From an uncultured cyanobacterium (lineage in GTDB: Bacteria > Cyanobacteriota > Cyanobacteriia > CAKZMO01), in contig CAVRCJ010000001.1 in the NCBI GenBank assembly GCA_963719515.1, positions 64,001 through 128,000 on the forward strand: DNA of 64,000 bases. The letters are read 5' to 3'. Within the stretch, counting starts at the first letter, position 1, and each line of letters starts with the position of its first letter. Shown here one piece after another: positions 8,740 to 19,654 of this stretch. The translations under genes were made by a program, and so were the position numbers. The notes beneath the pieces are model-generated. The model was not told the DNA's origin. It ran no database searches and was given only the letters and a program-made list of their open reading frames with translations.

Positions 8740-11552
8740 CTAAAGCGTAGAAGCCAAATTCATCCAAAGGCTGGGGCTGTCTGTTGCGAAAGCGTTTGCA
8801 AAGGCATATTGAGCCTTCTCAATTGTGTGGCTGGTTCCGATGGCAGCGGGGGCAGCCGCTAGGCTCAACGTTTGCAGCGGACTAGACATTGAAATGGGTA
8901 GGCTCTGAAAGTCTCCAGCACCAGCTGCTGGATGAGCGGTAGCTGTAGACGGGGCGCTTAGGAAATCGTGATGATCAAGCGGATTGACCCCGGGCGAGCG
9001 ATCGCCTGTTATCTCTCTGGCTAAGAGCTGAGCTGAAGCGTTTGTCCATAGATTTGGAGCGGCAAGATCTAGGGCGCTAGGGTCTGCAATGGGAATATCG
9101 CTCGCTGGGACCTCGGCGACTGGGGCGTCTGCCGTCGGACTTGTCAGCAATAGGTTGTCAATTACCAGCGTCGAATCGACCTGGGCGTCGTTGACGTCGA
9201 CAACGCCCAAGGTTAGGGCAACTGCGCCGTCGGTTTCGAAAGTATGACTCAGCGTCCGATAGCCAGTCGCCACTTCGAATGCTGGGTCTGCAGTTTGAGA
9301 TTGAACTAGCTCACTCAAGTTAGCGCTCAAGTCGGCCAGCTCAACCACCACGCCGTCAACGCCAAAAAAGCTGTAGTCGTTGAACTCCCCGTCGATGGGT
9401 TCGTCGGAAAGAAAGTTCCAGTCGAAAGTCAATACATTGCCTGCGGCGACCTTCACAGTCGTTCGAAGCGCAGAGCCCTCAATGGAGATCCCGTTTCCCA
9501 GTTCATCAAGACTCCCGCTGCTTAGGTCAACGGCCTGCTCTAGCAGCTCAGCGCTGAGAGCCCCCTCTCCAGTGGATATCGCCGCCTGAAATTTTTTCTG
9601 CGGAGCCGTCGCATCCGATACCACGGCGTCTACGCTAGCACTGCCAAAAGATTCCCAAGCCGTCAGTCCAGCCTCAAACGATAGAGTTTCGGGACTCGAG
9701 AGGGCTACAGTAGCGCCGGCGCTAGACAAGGCCTGTAGGGCATTGAGCCGTCCTCCGGAGACAGCGGTATTTTCTAGATCCGGCAGGAGATCTACCGACT
9801 CGAGAATGGCGGCTTTAATTTCGGCTGAGGATAGCTCGGGGTAAGCCGACAGCAGCAAAGCGACAGCACCCGTCACGTGGGGCGTCGCCATTGAGGTGCC
9901 GCTGCGTAAGCCATAGCCGCCCCCAAGCAGCGTGCTGTAAATGTCGCTCCCCGGAGCCAAGATATCGACGGAGGTTTGACCGTAGTTAGAAAAACTCGAC
10001 AGTCGGTCAGACGCCGTGGATGCGCCAACGCTGATAATGCCGCTGAGATCGTAGCCTGCAGGATACTCAGGCTGGCGATCGCTGTCAATTCCTAGGTTGC
10101 CGGCAGCGGCGACGAAGAGCTGGCCGACATTGGCAGCCGCGGCGATCGCCTCTCTCAAAGCTTGAGAGTACCCTCCCCCACCCCAGCTGTTATTGGTCAC
10201 ATCAGCGCCCATCAATATGGCGTATTCAATCGCCTGAATGGCGTCGAACGTACTCCCTTCAGACGCGCTGTCTAGAAACTTGAGCGCCATGACTTTGGCG
10301 TTGGGGGCGACGCCTACAGAGCCAAACTGATTACTGCCGTTCGCCGCAATTGTGCCAGCAACGTGGGTGCCGTGGCCGTTGTCGTCCATGGGATCGCCGT
10401 CGTCGTCGACGAAGTCATAGCCATAGTAGTCATCGACATAGCCATCTATAGCAATCCTGTTTGATTTATGAGAAGGAGCCATACCTGTGCAGTTTGGGGA
10501 AATCGAAGGTGTCCAACCTGAAGAACTGCTCAAACAGGGCTTTGAGTGCCGGAAACGATGGACACAACCCAGACATCCGCCTAAGCCAGGTCTTGCCTTG
10601 AAGCCAAGCATCTTCAATAGGGTTCTGAGTCGGGTCATTGGGGTCAAAACGAACACAGTGAATCTTCCATTCTTCTTGCGTAAGCCCCTCGTTCACCTGG
10701 GCTAGATACTCCTTAAGCTCGCCAGAGCGATGATAGCTGGCCCCATCCCAAAGAATGAGTAACCGCTGGTGGGGAAACTGAGCTTGTAAAGACTTCAGGT
10801 AAGCAATGGTACAAGCGGTGTTGCCCTTCTCATGCGCTTCGATAAATAACCGCTTGCTCACTAGGTCCACTGCCCCGTAGTAGGTTTGGCGCTCTCGCTC
10901 ATTGACAACCGGCACTACCACCCGCTCTACCATCGTCATCAATATCGTTATCGGGAATCTCGCCTGGGTTAGTCCATAGATTCCCGGCTAGGTCGGGATG
11001 GGTGTAGTCGATTCCAGAGTCGATAACGCCGACGACAACGTCACGCCCCGTAGAAATCTCCCAAGCCTCCGGGGCATCAATATCAGCGTCAAATAGTCCC
11101 CCCGTTTGGCCCTGATTGTCTAGCCCCCACAGCGGGTGAAAGTCGCTGCTGCTCGTGGCTGTCAGGTCGGCAGATAGCGCATAGTTGGGCTGCAGGTAGT
11201 CTATGGCGCTAACTGCATCAGCTGCCGTAATATCTCCCGCCTCTGCAGCAGCAGATATCGCATCAAGGCGATCTGCAGAAAGTGTCCAAAGCTCAAATCC
11301 TAGAGCTTGGGCTGTTTCCACCGTCTGAACGCCGTAGGCCGCTTTGAAAGCATCTAGGTCACCGCCGGAATGGTCGAGCTTGACGATAATCTGCAGCATG
11401 TCGTCCGGCTGAAGATCCTCCATTTGTAGACCCAATGCCTTATTGCTCAACGAGACGCTCCTGGAGGTCTGACCCAACGACACGCTGCGGCTCCGCACCC
11501 GAGCGCCGGCTTGATCGATGCTCGCATTGAGTCCCAAAGTCGTCATTCCCAA
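8740..11552 (-). pseudogene. S8 subtilisin-like serine peptidase interrupted by an IS630 fragment
   Basis: VIDSGIDY (Asp) in 10899..11552; HGTHVAG and GTSMATPHV in 8740..10446; deleting 10447..10928 fuses DDDG to DGYVDD in frame. Confidence 0.9.
10447..10928 (-). mobile_element. 3' half of an IS630-family element with one terminal repeat
   Basis: RQTYYGAVD, ILWDGASYH, NPIEDAW DDE motifs; end TATAGCAATCC at 10447; no matching second end. Confidence 0.9.
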
Positions 11553-11888
11553 ATCATCTCCAAAGCGATCGCAGTAACCGTCTTGTGCGGGGGTTGCTGC
11601 CTTCTGAGGCTAGCCCACAGTCCGGTATCCTAGCAGACTCGAATGGCCCGTAGTCACGGGCTACAGCCGCCGCCGAAAAAGCTTTTTTGAGAAATAGACA
11701 TTTAACCTTGCAAAACGTCATCAAACTTAACAAACTGGGGTTATGATGGTGTTGTCTCGATTGGGATAGGTATAAATCCTCATTGATTCACCTACGCTGA
11801 TGGCGTTCGGTCGCGCGTTCTCATTGTAAACAGCCGCATTCCGTTCGCTCACATCGCACCCACTGCTGTAAACGCTCGATAGACGCTC

Positions 11889-13511
11889 ATGATGAGTCCT
11901 CAACTTCCGTGGTTAACCATCCTCACTCTGTTACCACTAGTCGCGGCTTTGCCTATTCCGCTCCTGTCTGATAAAGAAGGCAAAACAGTTCGCTGGTACG
12001 CCCTTGGCGTGGCGATCGCCGAGTTTTCCCTGATGGTTTGCGTATTTTGGCAAAGCTACAACTTTGCTAGCCCTGACCTGCAGCTTGTTGAAACCTACAG
12101 CTGGGTTCCCCAAATTGGGCTCAACTGGTCCTTGGCCGTCGACGGTCTCTCGCTGCCGCTCGTGCTGCTGTCTGGCCTAATTAGCACCTTGGCAATCTTA
12201 GCCTCCTGGAACATCACCCGTAAGCCCCGGCTCTTCTTCGCGCTGCTGCTGGTGATGTATGCCGCCCAAGTCGGCGTCTTTTTGGCCCAGGACCTCTTAC
12301 TCTTCTTCCTAATGTGGGAGTTAGAGCTTATTCCCGTATACCTATTAATCTCTATTTGGGGTGGCCAAAAGCGCCTCTACGCTGCTACTAAATTTATTCT
12401 CTACACCGCTGCTGGCTCCATCTTTATTCTGCTGGCGGCGTTTGCGATGGCCTTCTACGGTGACACGGTCACCTTCAGCTTTTCCGAGCTAGCGCTCAAG
12501 AACTACTCGCTACCTTTCGAACTGTCGGTTTACGCGGCGCTGCTGATTGCCTTTGGCGTCAAGCTACCCATTTTCCCCTTCCACACCTGGCTTCCGGATG
12601 CTCACAGCGAAGCGCCTGCGCCTGTGTCAATGATCCTAGCTGGCGTCTTGTTGAAGATGGCGGGCTATGGCCTCATCCGCATCAACATGGAGATGTTGCC
12701 CAACGCTCATGCTCACTTCGCCCCCGCGCTGGCGGTTTTGGGAGTAATTAGCATTATTTATGCCTCACTCACGGCTTTCGCCCAAACCAATCTCAAGCGC
12801 CGCATGGCCTACTCGTCTATTGCCCATATGGGCTTTGTGCTCATCGGCATCTCGGCCTATACGCCGCTAGGGGTCAACGGTGCGGTACTGCAGATGATTT
12901 CCCATGGTCTCATCGCAGCGGCGCTCTTCTTCCTGTCGGGGGTGACCTACGAGCGGACCCACACCCTGGATTTGAGTAAAATGGGTGGCATGGGCAGCGT
13001 CATGCCGAAGACGTTTGCCTTCTTCACCGCGGGGTCGCTAGCGTCACTGGCGCTTCCGGGCATGAGTGGGTTTGTAGGAGAAATCACTATCTTCCTGGGC
13101 TTTACGGCTAGTGACGCCTACACCACGACGTTCAAGGTGGTCATCGTTGGTCTTGCAGCCGTTGGCGTCATCCTAGCGCCCCTCTATCTACTGTCCATGC
13201 TGCGCCAGGTGTTCTACGGGGAAGCGGTTGAATCCGAGGCGGTTCAGGACGGTGCAGCTCGCATGGCGTTCGACCTCAAGCCTCGCGAGGCATTCATTGC
13301 AGCCTCGCTGCTCGTGCCCATCATTAGCATTGGCGTCTACCCAAAGCTGGCGACCCAGACCTACGATGTCAAGACCTACCAGGTGGCCTCTCGGGTCACA
13401 GATGTGCAAATGGCGCTGGCCCGCAACCCCATCCAGGTCAACCTGCCATCCCTAAAGGCTCCATCAGTTCTTGGCCTCGAGGGCAAAGAGATCTCTGCGC
13501 TACGTCAGTAG
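11889..13511 (+). CDS. ndhD: NDH-1 subunit 4 (NdhD1/D2 type)
   Basis: [50 protein letters not shown]. Confidence 0.95.
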   Translation: MMSPQLPWLTILTLLPLVAALPIPLLSDKEGKTVRWYALGVAIAEFSLMVCVFWQSYNFASPDLQLVETYSWVPQIGLNWSLAVDGLSLPLVLLSGLISTLAILASWNITRKPRLFFALLLVMYAAQVGVFLAQDLLLFFLMWELELIPVYLLISIWGGQKRLYAATKFILYTAAGSIFILLAAFAMAFYGDTVTFSFSELALKNYSLPFELSVYAALLIAFGVKLPIFPFHTWLPDAHSEAPAPVSMILAGVLLKMAGYGLIRINMEMLPNAHAHFAPALAVLGVISIIYASLTAFAQTNLKRRMAYSSIAHMGFVLIGISAYTPLGVNGAVLQMISHGLIAAALFFLSGVTYERTHTLDLSKMGGMGSVMPKTFAFFTAGSLASLALPGMSGFVGEITIFLGFTASDAYTTTFKVVIVGLAAVGVILAPLYLLSMLRQVFYGEAVESEAVQDGAARMAFDLKPREAFIAASLLVPIISIGVYPKLATQTYDVKTYQVASRVTDVQMALARNPIQVNLPSLKAPSVLGLEGKEISALRQ

Positions 13512-13533
13512 CGCGTCGTCACTAGCGTGCGGT

Positions 13534-13580
13534 GCTGAAGCGAAAGCGCGGAGGTCCCAAAGCCCCCGCTTTCGCTTCAG
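13534..13580. terminator. Stem-loop after ndhD
   Basis: CTGAAGCGAAAGCG...CGCTTTCGCTTCAG inverted repeat. Confidence 0.65.
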
Positions 13581-13588
13581 AAAAGCTC

Positions 13589-13619
13589 TTGACACGATTC
13601 CGCACAGACTTGCTATACT
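13589..13619 (+). promoter_or_regulatory. Sigma70-type promoter of tRNA-Gln
   Basis: TTGACA (13589) and TGcTATACT extended -10 (13611-13619); 19-nt spacer is long. Confidence 0.6.
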
Positions 13620-13633
13620 GGCGTAGTGCCTGT

Positions 13634-13705
13634 TGGGGTGTCGCCAAGTGGTAAGGCAGCGGGTTTTGGTCTCGCCATTCCTAGGTTCGAATCCTAGCAC
13701 CCCAG
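13634..13705 (+). tRNA. tRNA-Gln(TTG)
   Basis: Acceptor TGGGGTG/CACCCCA, anticodon stem GCGGG/CTCGC with loop TT-TTG-GT, GGTTCGAATCC T arm; CCA not encoded. Confidence 0.97.
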
Positions 13706-13728
13706 TTTAAAAGAACGTAGTGCATTCT

Positions 13729-13756
13729 GTAGGGACATGGAAAACCATGTCCCTAC
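13729..13756. repeat. GTAG-type REP-like palindrome or tRNA terminator
   Basis: GTAGGGACATGG-AAAA-CCATGTCCCTAC perfect 12-bp stem. Confidence 0.6.
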
Positions 13757-14023
13757 GCTGCGTTTAAAGTCTGTACGTAAAAAATTACTGGGCAGATCTC
13801 GTAAATCCTTTAGATCTGGGGATTTATGCGCCAGACTACCGCTTTGTAGCTGCGCATACGGAAGGCTTAAAGCAACATCGCTACAGTAGCTTCACGGAGA
13901 GCAGCGCCTTTTTAAAATGTGCTTATAACGTCAGCTAAACCTGCAAGGGCTGCTGGCGTTAGAGAGTTTCTCATGTCCATTTTTAACCCTTCTCGCCTCC
14001 AAGGCCCAGCGTGAAATAGCTCA

Positions 14024-15388
14024 ATGACAACCCAATCCAACGTCATCTCAAAGGCAGCGCCCCATGGAAACAGCCCCGATGGCTGGCGCCAGCTGACCTA
14101 CTTTCAGCTGGTGCTCTGCGCTGTCGTCATCGGCATTTTTGGGGGACTGGTCGCCACCCTCTATTACTTTGTTTTGGAGAGCCTGATGCATGGCGTCTGG
14201 CATACCCTCCCAGACCTCATCGAGCCCTACTTTCCCAGCTGGCTCTCCGCCGCTAACTACGTTTGGATCGCAACCACCGTAGGTGGTTTCTGCGTTGGAA
14301 TAGTGCTCTATTTCATGGGGCTTCCCGGCGAAATGGCTCAGGTGGTCGATAAGGTTCACAATCCCGGCCGCATCGACATCCGCAAAACCCCGGCTATGGT
14401 GATTGCCTCCCTGGTGGCTATTACCTTCGGCGGGAGCGCTGGCCCAGAAGCGCCGCTCGTTCAGGTCAACGGCAGCTTTGGCAGCTGGCTGGGGGATACC
14501 CTGAAGCTCGACACCAGCGTCGTTCGGGTGCTGACTTTCTGCGGCATGAGCGCTGCTTTGGGGGCATTCTTTGGCGCCCCCATCGGGGCCGCTATTTTTG
14601 CCCTAGAGATTCCCCACCGCCGAGGGCTGCAGTATTACGAAGCGATTGGACCCGCCGTTATTTCCGCCATTCTCTCTTTCAGCGTTTTCCGCATCAGTAC
14701 GGGCATGACCATTGGCGGCTTCTATCACTTTGAGTCAGTCCCTGCCCTAGTCCCTATCAATCTACTGCAGGGGCTGATTTTGGGCGCTGTCGGCGCAGGG
14801 GTCGCAGTCCTGTTTATTGGAGTCTTTCGCCTCGTTGGCTATGTCCTCGAACCCCTAGAGCAATACCGGATCGTGCTCGCTACGCTTGGAGGACTTGTCA
14901 TCGGTCTAATTGCCTTTTTCTTTCCCCAAACGCTTTTCTTCAGCGAAGAGCAAATTCATACCGTAATCGAATCGGGCATGACCCTAGGCGTGACGATGCT
15001 GCTGTTAATCGCGATCGCCAAGATGTTTGCCATCAGCTTCACGCTGCATTCGGGCTTTTTGGGGGGCTTTATCTTTCCGCTATTCTTCATCGGCGCGAAC
15101 GTTGGGCTGGCCATTTCCCTGGCGCTGCCGCAGTTTCACCCCACTATCGGCATGGTCTGTCTGATGGCAGCGGTGAACGTGGCGGTGACCAAAACCCCCA
15201 TCAGCACGAGCATTATTCTCAGCGTTTTGTCAGGGACGACGATGCTGCCGGTAATCGTGATTGCCAGCTACACCAGCTTTTTGCTCACGAGCCAGGTGAC
15301 GATGATCAAGACCCAGCGATCGCGCGACATTGAGGTTGGCAGCATTCCCGTGCCGCTGCAAAATGGCCTTGTTCCAACGGTTCAATAG
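14024..15388 (+). CDS. ClC-family chloride channel/transporter
   Basis: GGSAGPEAP, AALGAFFGAPIGAAIFALE, GFLGGFIFP; many TM helices. Confidence 0.9.
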   Translation: MTTQSNVISKAAPHGNSPDGWRQLTYFQLVLCAVVIGIFGGLVATLYYFVLESLMHGVWHTLPDLIEPYFPSWLSAANYVWIATTVGGFCVGIVLYFMGLPGEMAQVVDKVHNPGRIDIRKTPAMVIASLVAITFGGSAGPEAPLVQVNGSFGSWLGDTLKLDTSVVRVLTFCGMSAALGAFFGAPIGAAIFALEIPHRRGLQYYEAIGPAVISAILSFSVFRISTGMTIGGFYHFESVPALVPINLLQGLILGAVGAGVAVLFIGVFRLVGYVLEPLEQYRIVLATLGGLVIGLIAFFFPQTLFFSEEQIHTVIESGMTLGVTMLLLIAIAKMFAISFTLHSGFLGGFIFPLFFIGANVGLAISLALPQFHPTIGMVCLMAAVNVAVTKTPISTSIILSVLSGTTMLPVIVIASYTSFLLTSQVTMIKTQRSRDIEVGSIPVPLQNGLVPTVQ

Positions 15389-15499
15389 CAGCCAGTGGAA
15401 CAACTGCGGCCAAGCTGAGTCATAGAAGACAGCTACGGCAGTTTAGCTGCCTACAATCAGGCGCATCACCATATTCGCTAACGATAAAGATATGGTGTT

Positions 15500-15922
15500 A
15501 TGGTACTGCAATTAACTCAGCCGTCTCAGAGTCACGCTTCCAAGCAACATCCGCTAAAGATCCTATATCAGCCCTCGCCAGAGATTAAGCAAACTCTGCG
15601 AGACCAGATTCAAAACACGCTTCAAATCGCAAAACAGCTGCCGCCTGAGCTTTGTCTGCAGGTGGTTAAAGAGCGGCTGCTCAGCATTCAACGGTACTGC
15701 GGCTCGGTGGGTAAAACATTCATCGTGGTAGAAGAGGCGATCGCCTGTCACCAGTACGAGCTGCGGGGGGCAAGGGACGATAGGGCCACACTGTTTCGCG
15801 GCCCCGATGAGCAAGCAAGCGTCGCAATCTGCGTCACTCAAAAAGGATCGCTGCTGCACCGCAACGACTCGGTCTGGGCCGTCTATCGCAACGCGGGGGA
15901 TGTTTTGCTCACCCAGGATTAA
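15500..15922 (+). CDS. Hypothetical protein
   Basis: 140-aa ATG ORF filling the gap between ClC and sppA. Confidence 0.6.
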   Translation: MVLQLTQPSQSHASKQHPLKILYQPSPEIKQTLRDQIQNTLQIAKQLPPELCLQVVKERLLSIQRYCGSVGKTFIVVEEAIACHQYELRGARDDRATLFRGPDEQASVAICVTQKGSLLHRNDSVWAVYRNAGDVLLTQD

Positions 15923-15926
15923 CCGC

Positions 15927-17729
15927 TTAACGAATGGTGTAGGTGTAGGGAAGCCGCATGTAGACGTCCGTAGGGTCATTGAGGGAATTTAGCAGCTCCA
16001 TCTCGTTTTGAAGCGGGCGCAGAACTTTGGGCAGGCGGACTCCTGGTTCAGGAGAGGAGATGCCCAAAAGCTGCACGAACCCGTCCTCGAAACGAAGGGT
16101 GTTGGGGTACTCCTTGATCTCGTCGGGGTCCATATCCGACAGCTCGGCGGCAGCGGCGATCGCTGCCTCTAGTCCGCCTAGTTCGTCCACCAAGCCCACC
16201 TCTATTGCCGAGCGCCCCGACCAGACCCGGCCTTCCGCCACCTGCTCCACCTCGGCGCGGCTGATGGGCCTAGACTCGGCGACGCTGCTCAAAAAATCGT
16301 CGTAGACGGTGTCTACAAAGCGCTGGGCGATCGCCACTTCTTGCGCCGTCGGCGGTCTGGCTACCGTACCGATATCGGCGTAGGGCGAGGTCTTGACGAT
16401 ATCCCAAGTCACCCCATTTTTGTTTGCCAGTTCCTGAAAGTTGGGGAATAGCCCAAAGACGCCGATAGACCCCGTCAGCGTTGTCGGAGAGGCGAAAATT
16501 TGCTCGGCGTGGGTGGCCATGAGGTAGCCTCCGGAAGCGGCAATGGACCCCATAGAGGCCACAATGGGTTTCACCTCGCTGGTGAGAGACACCTCGCGGG
16601 CAATGACGTCAGAGGCCGAGGCGGACCCGCCTGGGCTATTGATCCTCAGCACGACAGCCTTGACGCTGTCGTCTAGGCGCAGCTGGCGCAGCAGCGCCGA
16701 AAAGCTATCCCCGCCAATCTGTTCGGCTCCGCCTTGACCCTCTACAATTGACCCTTCGGCATAAACCACGGCGATATGGTCTTCGAGGTCTGCGATGCCG
16801 GAATCCTGAGAGGTGACGACGGTGTCCGCGTAGGCCGTCAGGGAAATTTGCCGAAACGACTTGCTGTCGTCCTCATCTTCTTGAGTCAGCTCTCGCAGCT
16901 GCGGCAGCACCTGGTCAAAATAGACAACTTCGTCGACCAGCCCTGCCGCCTTGGCGGGCTCCGGCAGCAGTAGGGCATCGCTGTTAGCGACAGCCTGCAG
17001 CTGCTCAGCGGAAATCTCTCGGCTTTCCACCGCCACGGCCAAGAGTTCTTGCCACAGGTCATTTAGCAGGGTCGCGGTTTGCTCTTGCTCTTCGGGGCTA
17101 CGCTCTGTGCGCACGAAGGGCTCTACGGCCGACTTATAGTCTCCCGCCCGAATGGCGGATACCCCGACCCCGAGCTTTTGCAGAGCCCCGGCGAAAAACA
17201 GGGTTTCGACGCTCAGCCCGTTGAACTCGACGAGGCCATTGGGGTTGAGGAGTAGGGTGTCGGCGATGGAGGTGAGGTAATAACTGCGCTCATCCCAGCT
17301 CATGCCGTAGGCGATGATGGGCTTGTCCGCCTCCTGAAACTCGATCATCGCCTGACGCAGCTCGCGCAGCACCGTTAGCCCCGGAGGCTGACCCATGCCG
17401 CTATCCATAATGTATAGCCCGGTGATGCGATCATCGCTGCTCGCGGCCTCAATGGCCTCAACGGCGGCGCGCAGAGAGAGGCTGCGGGGGACTTGGCCTA
17501 GCACCCCTTCATCGACCCACCGCCCCAAAGAGAGTCCGGGGGGTCTGTCGGTAATTTGAGTGGACAGATCGAGCACTAAAACGGAGTCTGACGCCAGCTC
17601 AGGGTCGCTATCGCGGGAGGCGATCGCCACTAGCGACAGCAGAGTCAGGGTAACGACCCCGACGCCTAGCGCCCCAAACAGGACCAAACTGACAAAACTG
17701 GCGAAGACATACTTAAAGAAATCGCGCAT
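15927..17729 (-). CDS. sppA: Signal peptide peptidase SppA (long type)
   Basis: GDYKSAVEPF, LRINSPGGS, AASGGY, TGSIGV; start MRDFFKY. Confidence 0.95.
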   Translation of the reverse strand: MRDFFKYVFASFVSLVLFGALGVGVVTLTLLSLVAIASRDSDPELASDSVLVLDLSTQITDRPPGLSLGRWVDEGVLGQVPRSLSLRAAVEAIEAASSDDRITGLYIMDSGMGQPPGLTVLRELRQAMIEFQEADKPIIAYGMSWDERSYYLTSIADTLLLNPNGLVEFNGLSVETLFFAGALQKLGVGVSAIRAGDYKSAVEPFVRTERSPEEQEQTATLLNDLWQELLAVAVESREISAEQLQAVANSDALLLPEPAKAAGLVDEVVYFDQVLPQLRELTQEDEDDSKSFRQISLTAYADTVVTSQDSGIADLEDHIAVVYAEGSIVEGQGGAEQIGGDSFSALLRQLRLDDSVKAVVLRINSPGGSASASDVIAREVSLTSEVKPIVASMGSIAASGGYLMATHAEQIFASPTTLTGSIGVFGLFPNFQELANKNGVTWDIVKTSPYADIGTVARPPTAQEVAIAQRFVDTVYDDFLSSVAESRPISRAEVEQVAEGRVWSGRSAIEVGLVDELGGLEAAIAAAAELSDMDPDEIKEYPNTLRFEDGFVQLLGISSPEPGVRLPKVLRPLQNEMELLNSLNDPTDVYMRLPYTYTIR

Positions 17730-17786
17730 AGTGCTTTCTATCTCGGTGCCAAATTTTGAGGTCACAATCTATTATGGCCCGTCCCT

Positions 17787-19346
17787 CTAGTCAACGCTGC
17801 CCAAAACGAACAGCCCCAACATAGTGGCGCTATTCCACAGGCTATGCAGCAGCATCGGGGCCAGTAGATTGCGCGATCGCGTATAGACGAAGCCCAGCGC
17901 AATGCCCAGCACCATCAGCGGCAGAATCTCCGACACGCTCAGGTGAGCCGCTGCAAAAATGAATGCGCTGAGGGCGATCGCAGGCCAAACGGCCATGTAT
18001 CGCGTCAAAGAGGGCAACAGAAATCCGCGAAAGAGAAACTCCTCAAATACAGGAGCGGCTACGGCGGCGGTAAAGAAAAACAGCCCGAGCGCCACCGGGT
18101 CAGTCTCGTTGAGCACAATCTGCAACAGGGGATTACTGCCCCCGCGCCCCTGCCAAATCTGCTGATTGACCAAAGAAACGCCAATCACAAGGGGCACAGC
18201 AGCGAAGTAGCCGCCCAGCCCCCACAGCGGCCAACTGTCGGCGATTTTAAGCCGAAACCAGCCTTCGGGCAGCGGGCGATACTGCCGAATGGATAGATAC
18301 AGGACCCCCACCGACGCGGCCGCCAACATTAGGTAGGTCACCAACGTCGACGCCGCCAGCGATCGCCCCCCGCCGGCCGCCGGGCTGAGAACCCCGCTAA
18401 GCACCGTCTGCCTAGCGATCTGCAGCACAATGGGCAGAATGATCTGACCCACCAGGAAAAACCCAACGATAATCACTTGCCAGGTAATCTCCCACTCCCA
18501 AGGGGTCTCCCAGCGCAGCTGCTTACCGCCCGCGAGCAGCGCCTGCTCCCCTTTGGTGAGGCGCTGAATACCAAGGAAAATGAGCAGGCCAATGCCAATC
18601 ACGCCGCCCAGCACCGGACCGATACCCAGCAGGGTGAGCTTGACTAGGGACTGCTGCGCCAGCTCTTGCTCTGCCGCTTCTAGCTGACTGAGGGCGTCGC
18701 TGCGCTGCTGTACGGTGTAGAGCTGCGCTAGAGCACGGGTCTCAAACCAGCCCTGGAGCGATCGCTCCAGGGTTTGCTCGGCGTCGGGAAGGATTTTAGG
18801 CGGGGTGCTCCAGAGGCCCAGCAGGATCCGGGCCGTTTGGGCCTGGTCTGCTTCGGCTTGGGCTGCTGAGTCAACGGCTTGCCAGCGATCGCGAGCGGCG
18901 CTTAAATTATCTGCCTCCGCTTGGAGAATGCCCAGCCGTAGGTCCAACCGATTGAGGAATAGCCGCTGAGCTAGGGATGACGACTGGAGGGTTGGAGTCG
19001 CTGCGGTTGAGGGGCCAGTGGACTCCGTTGAATCGGGCTGGGCCAACTCGGACTGAGCTCGCTCACTTCCCGCAGCGCTGAGCTGGCTAGCAGTGTCGTC
19101 TCGAAGGGACTGATACTGATCAATCGCACCATCGAGAGGTGTTTTGCCCACCAAAGACTCGCGAACTGGGCCCAAGGACTTGTCGTCGAGCGCAATCTCT
19201 TGGGCCTGCAGCAGCAAATCGGCTTGATAGAGCTCTAGTCGACTAGAAATCTGCTGCTCTTCCAGAGAGCCGATCAACGCTGGCCCGACGGCTAGCAAAA
19301 CAACGACTAGGGTCAAAACGGATAATATAATTCGCTTCAATAGCAT
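17787..19346 (-). CDS. CPBP/Abi family intramembrane metalloprotease
   Basis: APVFEEFLFRG, FAAAH, LHSLWN. Confidence 0.9.
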   Translation of the reverse strand: MLLKRIILSVLTLVVVLLAVGPALIGSLEEQQISSRLELYQADLLLQAQEIALDDKSLGPVRESLVGKTPLDGAIDQYQSLRDDTASQLSAAGSERAQSELAQPDSTESTGPSTAATPTLQSSSLAQRLFLNRLDLRLGILQAEADNLSAARDRWQAVDSAAQAEADQAQTARILLGLWSTPPKILPDAEQTLERSLQGWFETRALAQLYTVQQRSDALSQLEAAEQELAQQSLVKLTLLGIGPVLGGVIGIGLLIFLGIQRLTKGEQALLAGGKQLRWETPWEWEITWQVIIVGFFLVGQIILPIVLQIARQTVLSGVLSPAAGGGRSLAASTLVTYLMLAAASVGVLYLSIRQYRPLPEGWFRLKIADSWPLWGLGGYFAAVPLVIGVSLVNQQIWQGRGGSNPLLQIVLNETDPVALGLFFFTAAVAAPVFEEFLFRGFLLPSLTRYMAVWPAIALSAFIFAAAHLSVSEILPLMVLGIALGFVYTRSRNLLAPMLLHSLWNSATMLGLFVLGSVD

Positions 19347-19363
19347 GCTGATATAGGTAATTC

Positions 19364-19397
19364 TTTGGGACCGAGACTGATTTGGGACCGAGACTGA
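19364..19397. repeat. 17-nt tandem duplication
   Basis: TTTGGGACCGAGACTGA x2 between divergent genes. Confidence 0.8.
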
Positions 19398-19654
19398 AGC
19401 CGGTGCCAACGCCTAAGGCTGACCCTAGATCCGTGCTCTGACGGCATTATCGCATCGTTCCTCTCTTTGTGGCGGTCCTTCTGGGGTGTGGAGGAATCAC
19501 AAGACAGGGTAATATGCCTTTGGAAACAGAGCGGCTCGTTGGGCCATCTGGTTGGTGATTGGTTGCCCGAGCAGCGCCTCGTTCGAGGTCCCTAGCAACG
19601 CGATGGCTGGGGGCAATGACGACTGGGGGTAGGATGGTTAGGGTTTGAGGCTAG

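Noticed and set aside
13634..15922. Island integrated at tRNA-Gln
   Set aside because: No duplicated tRNA 3' end or integrase found downstream
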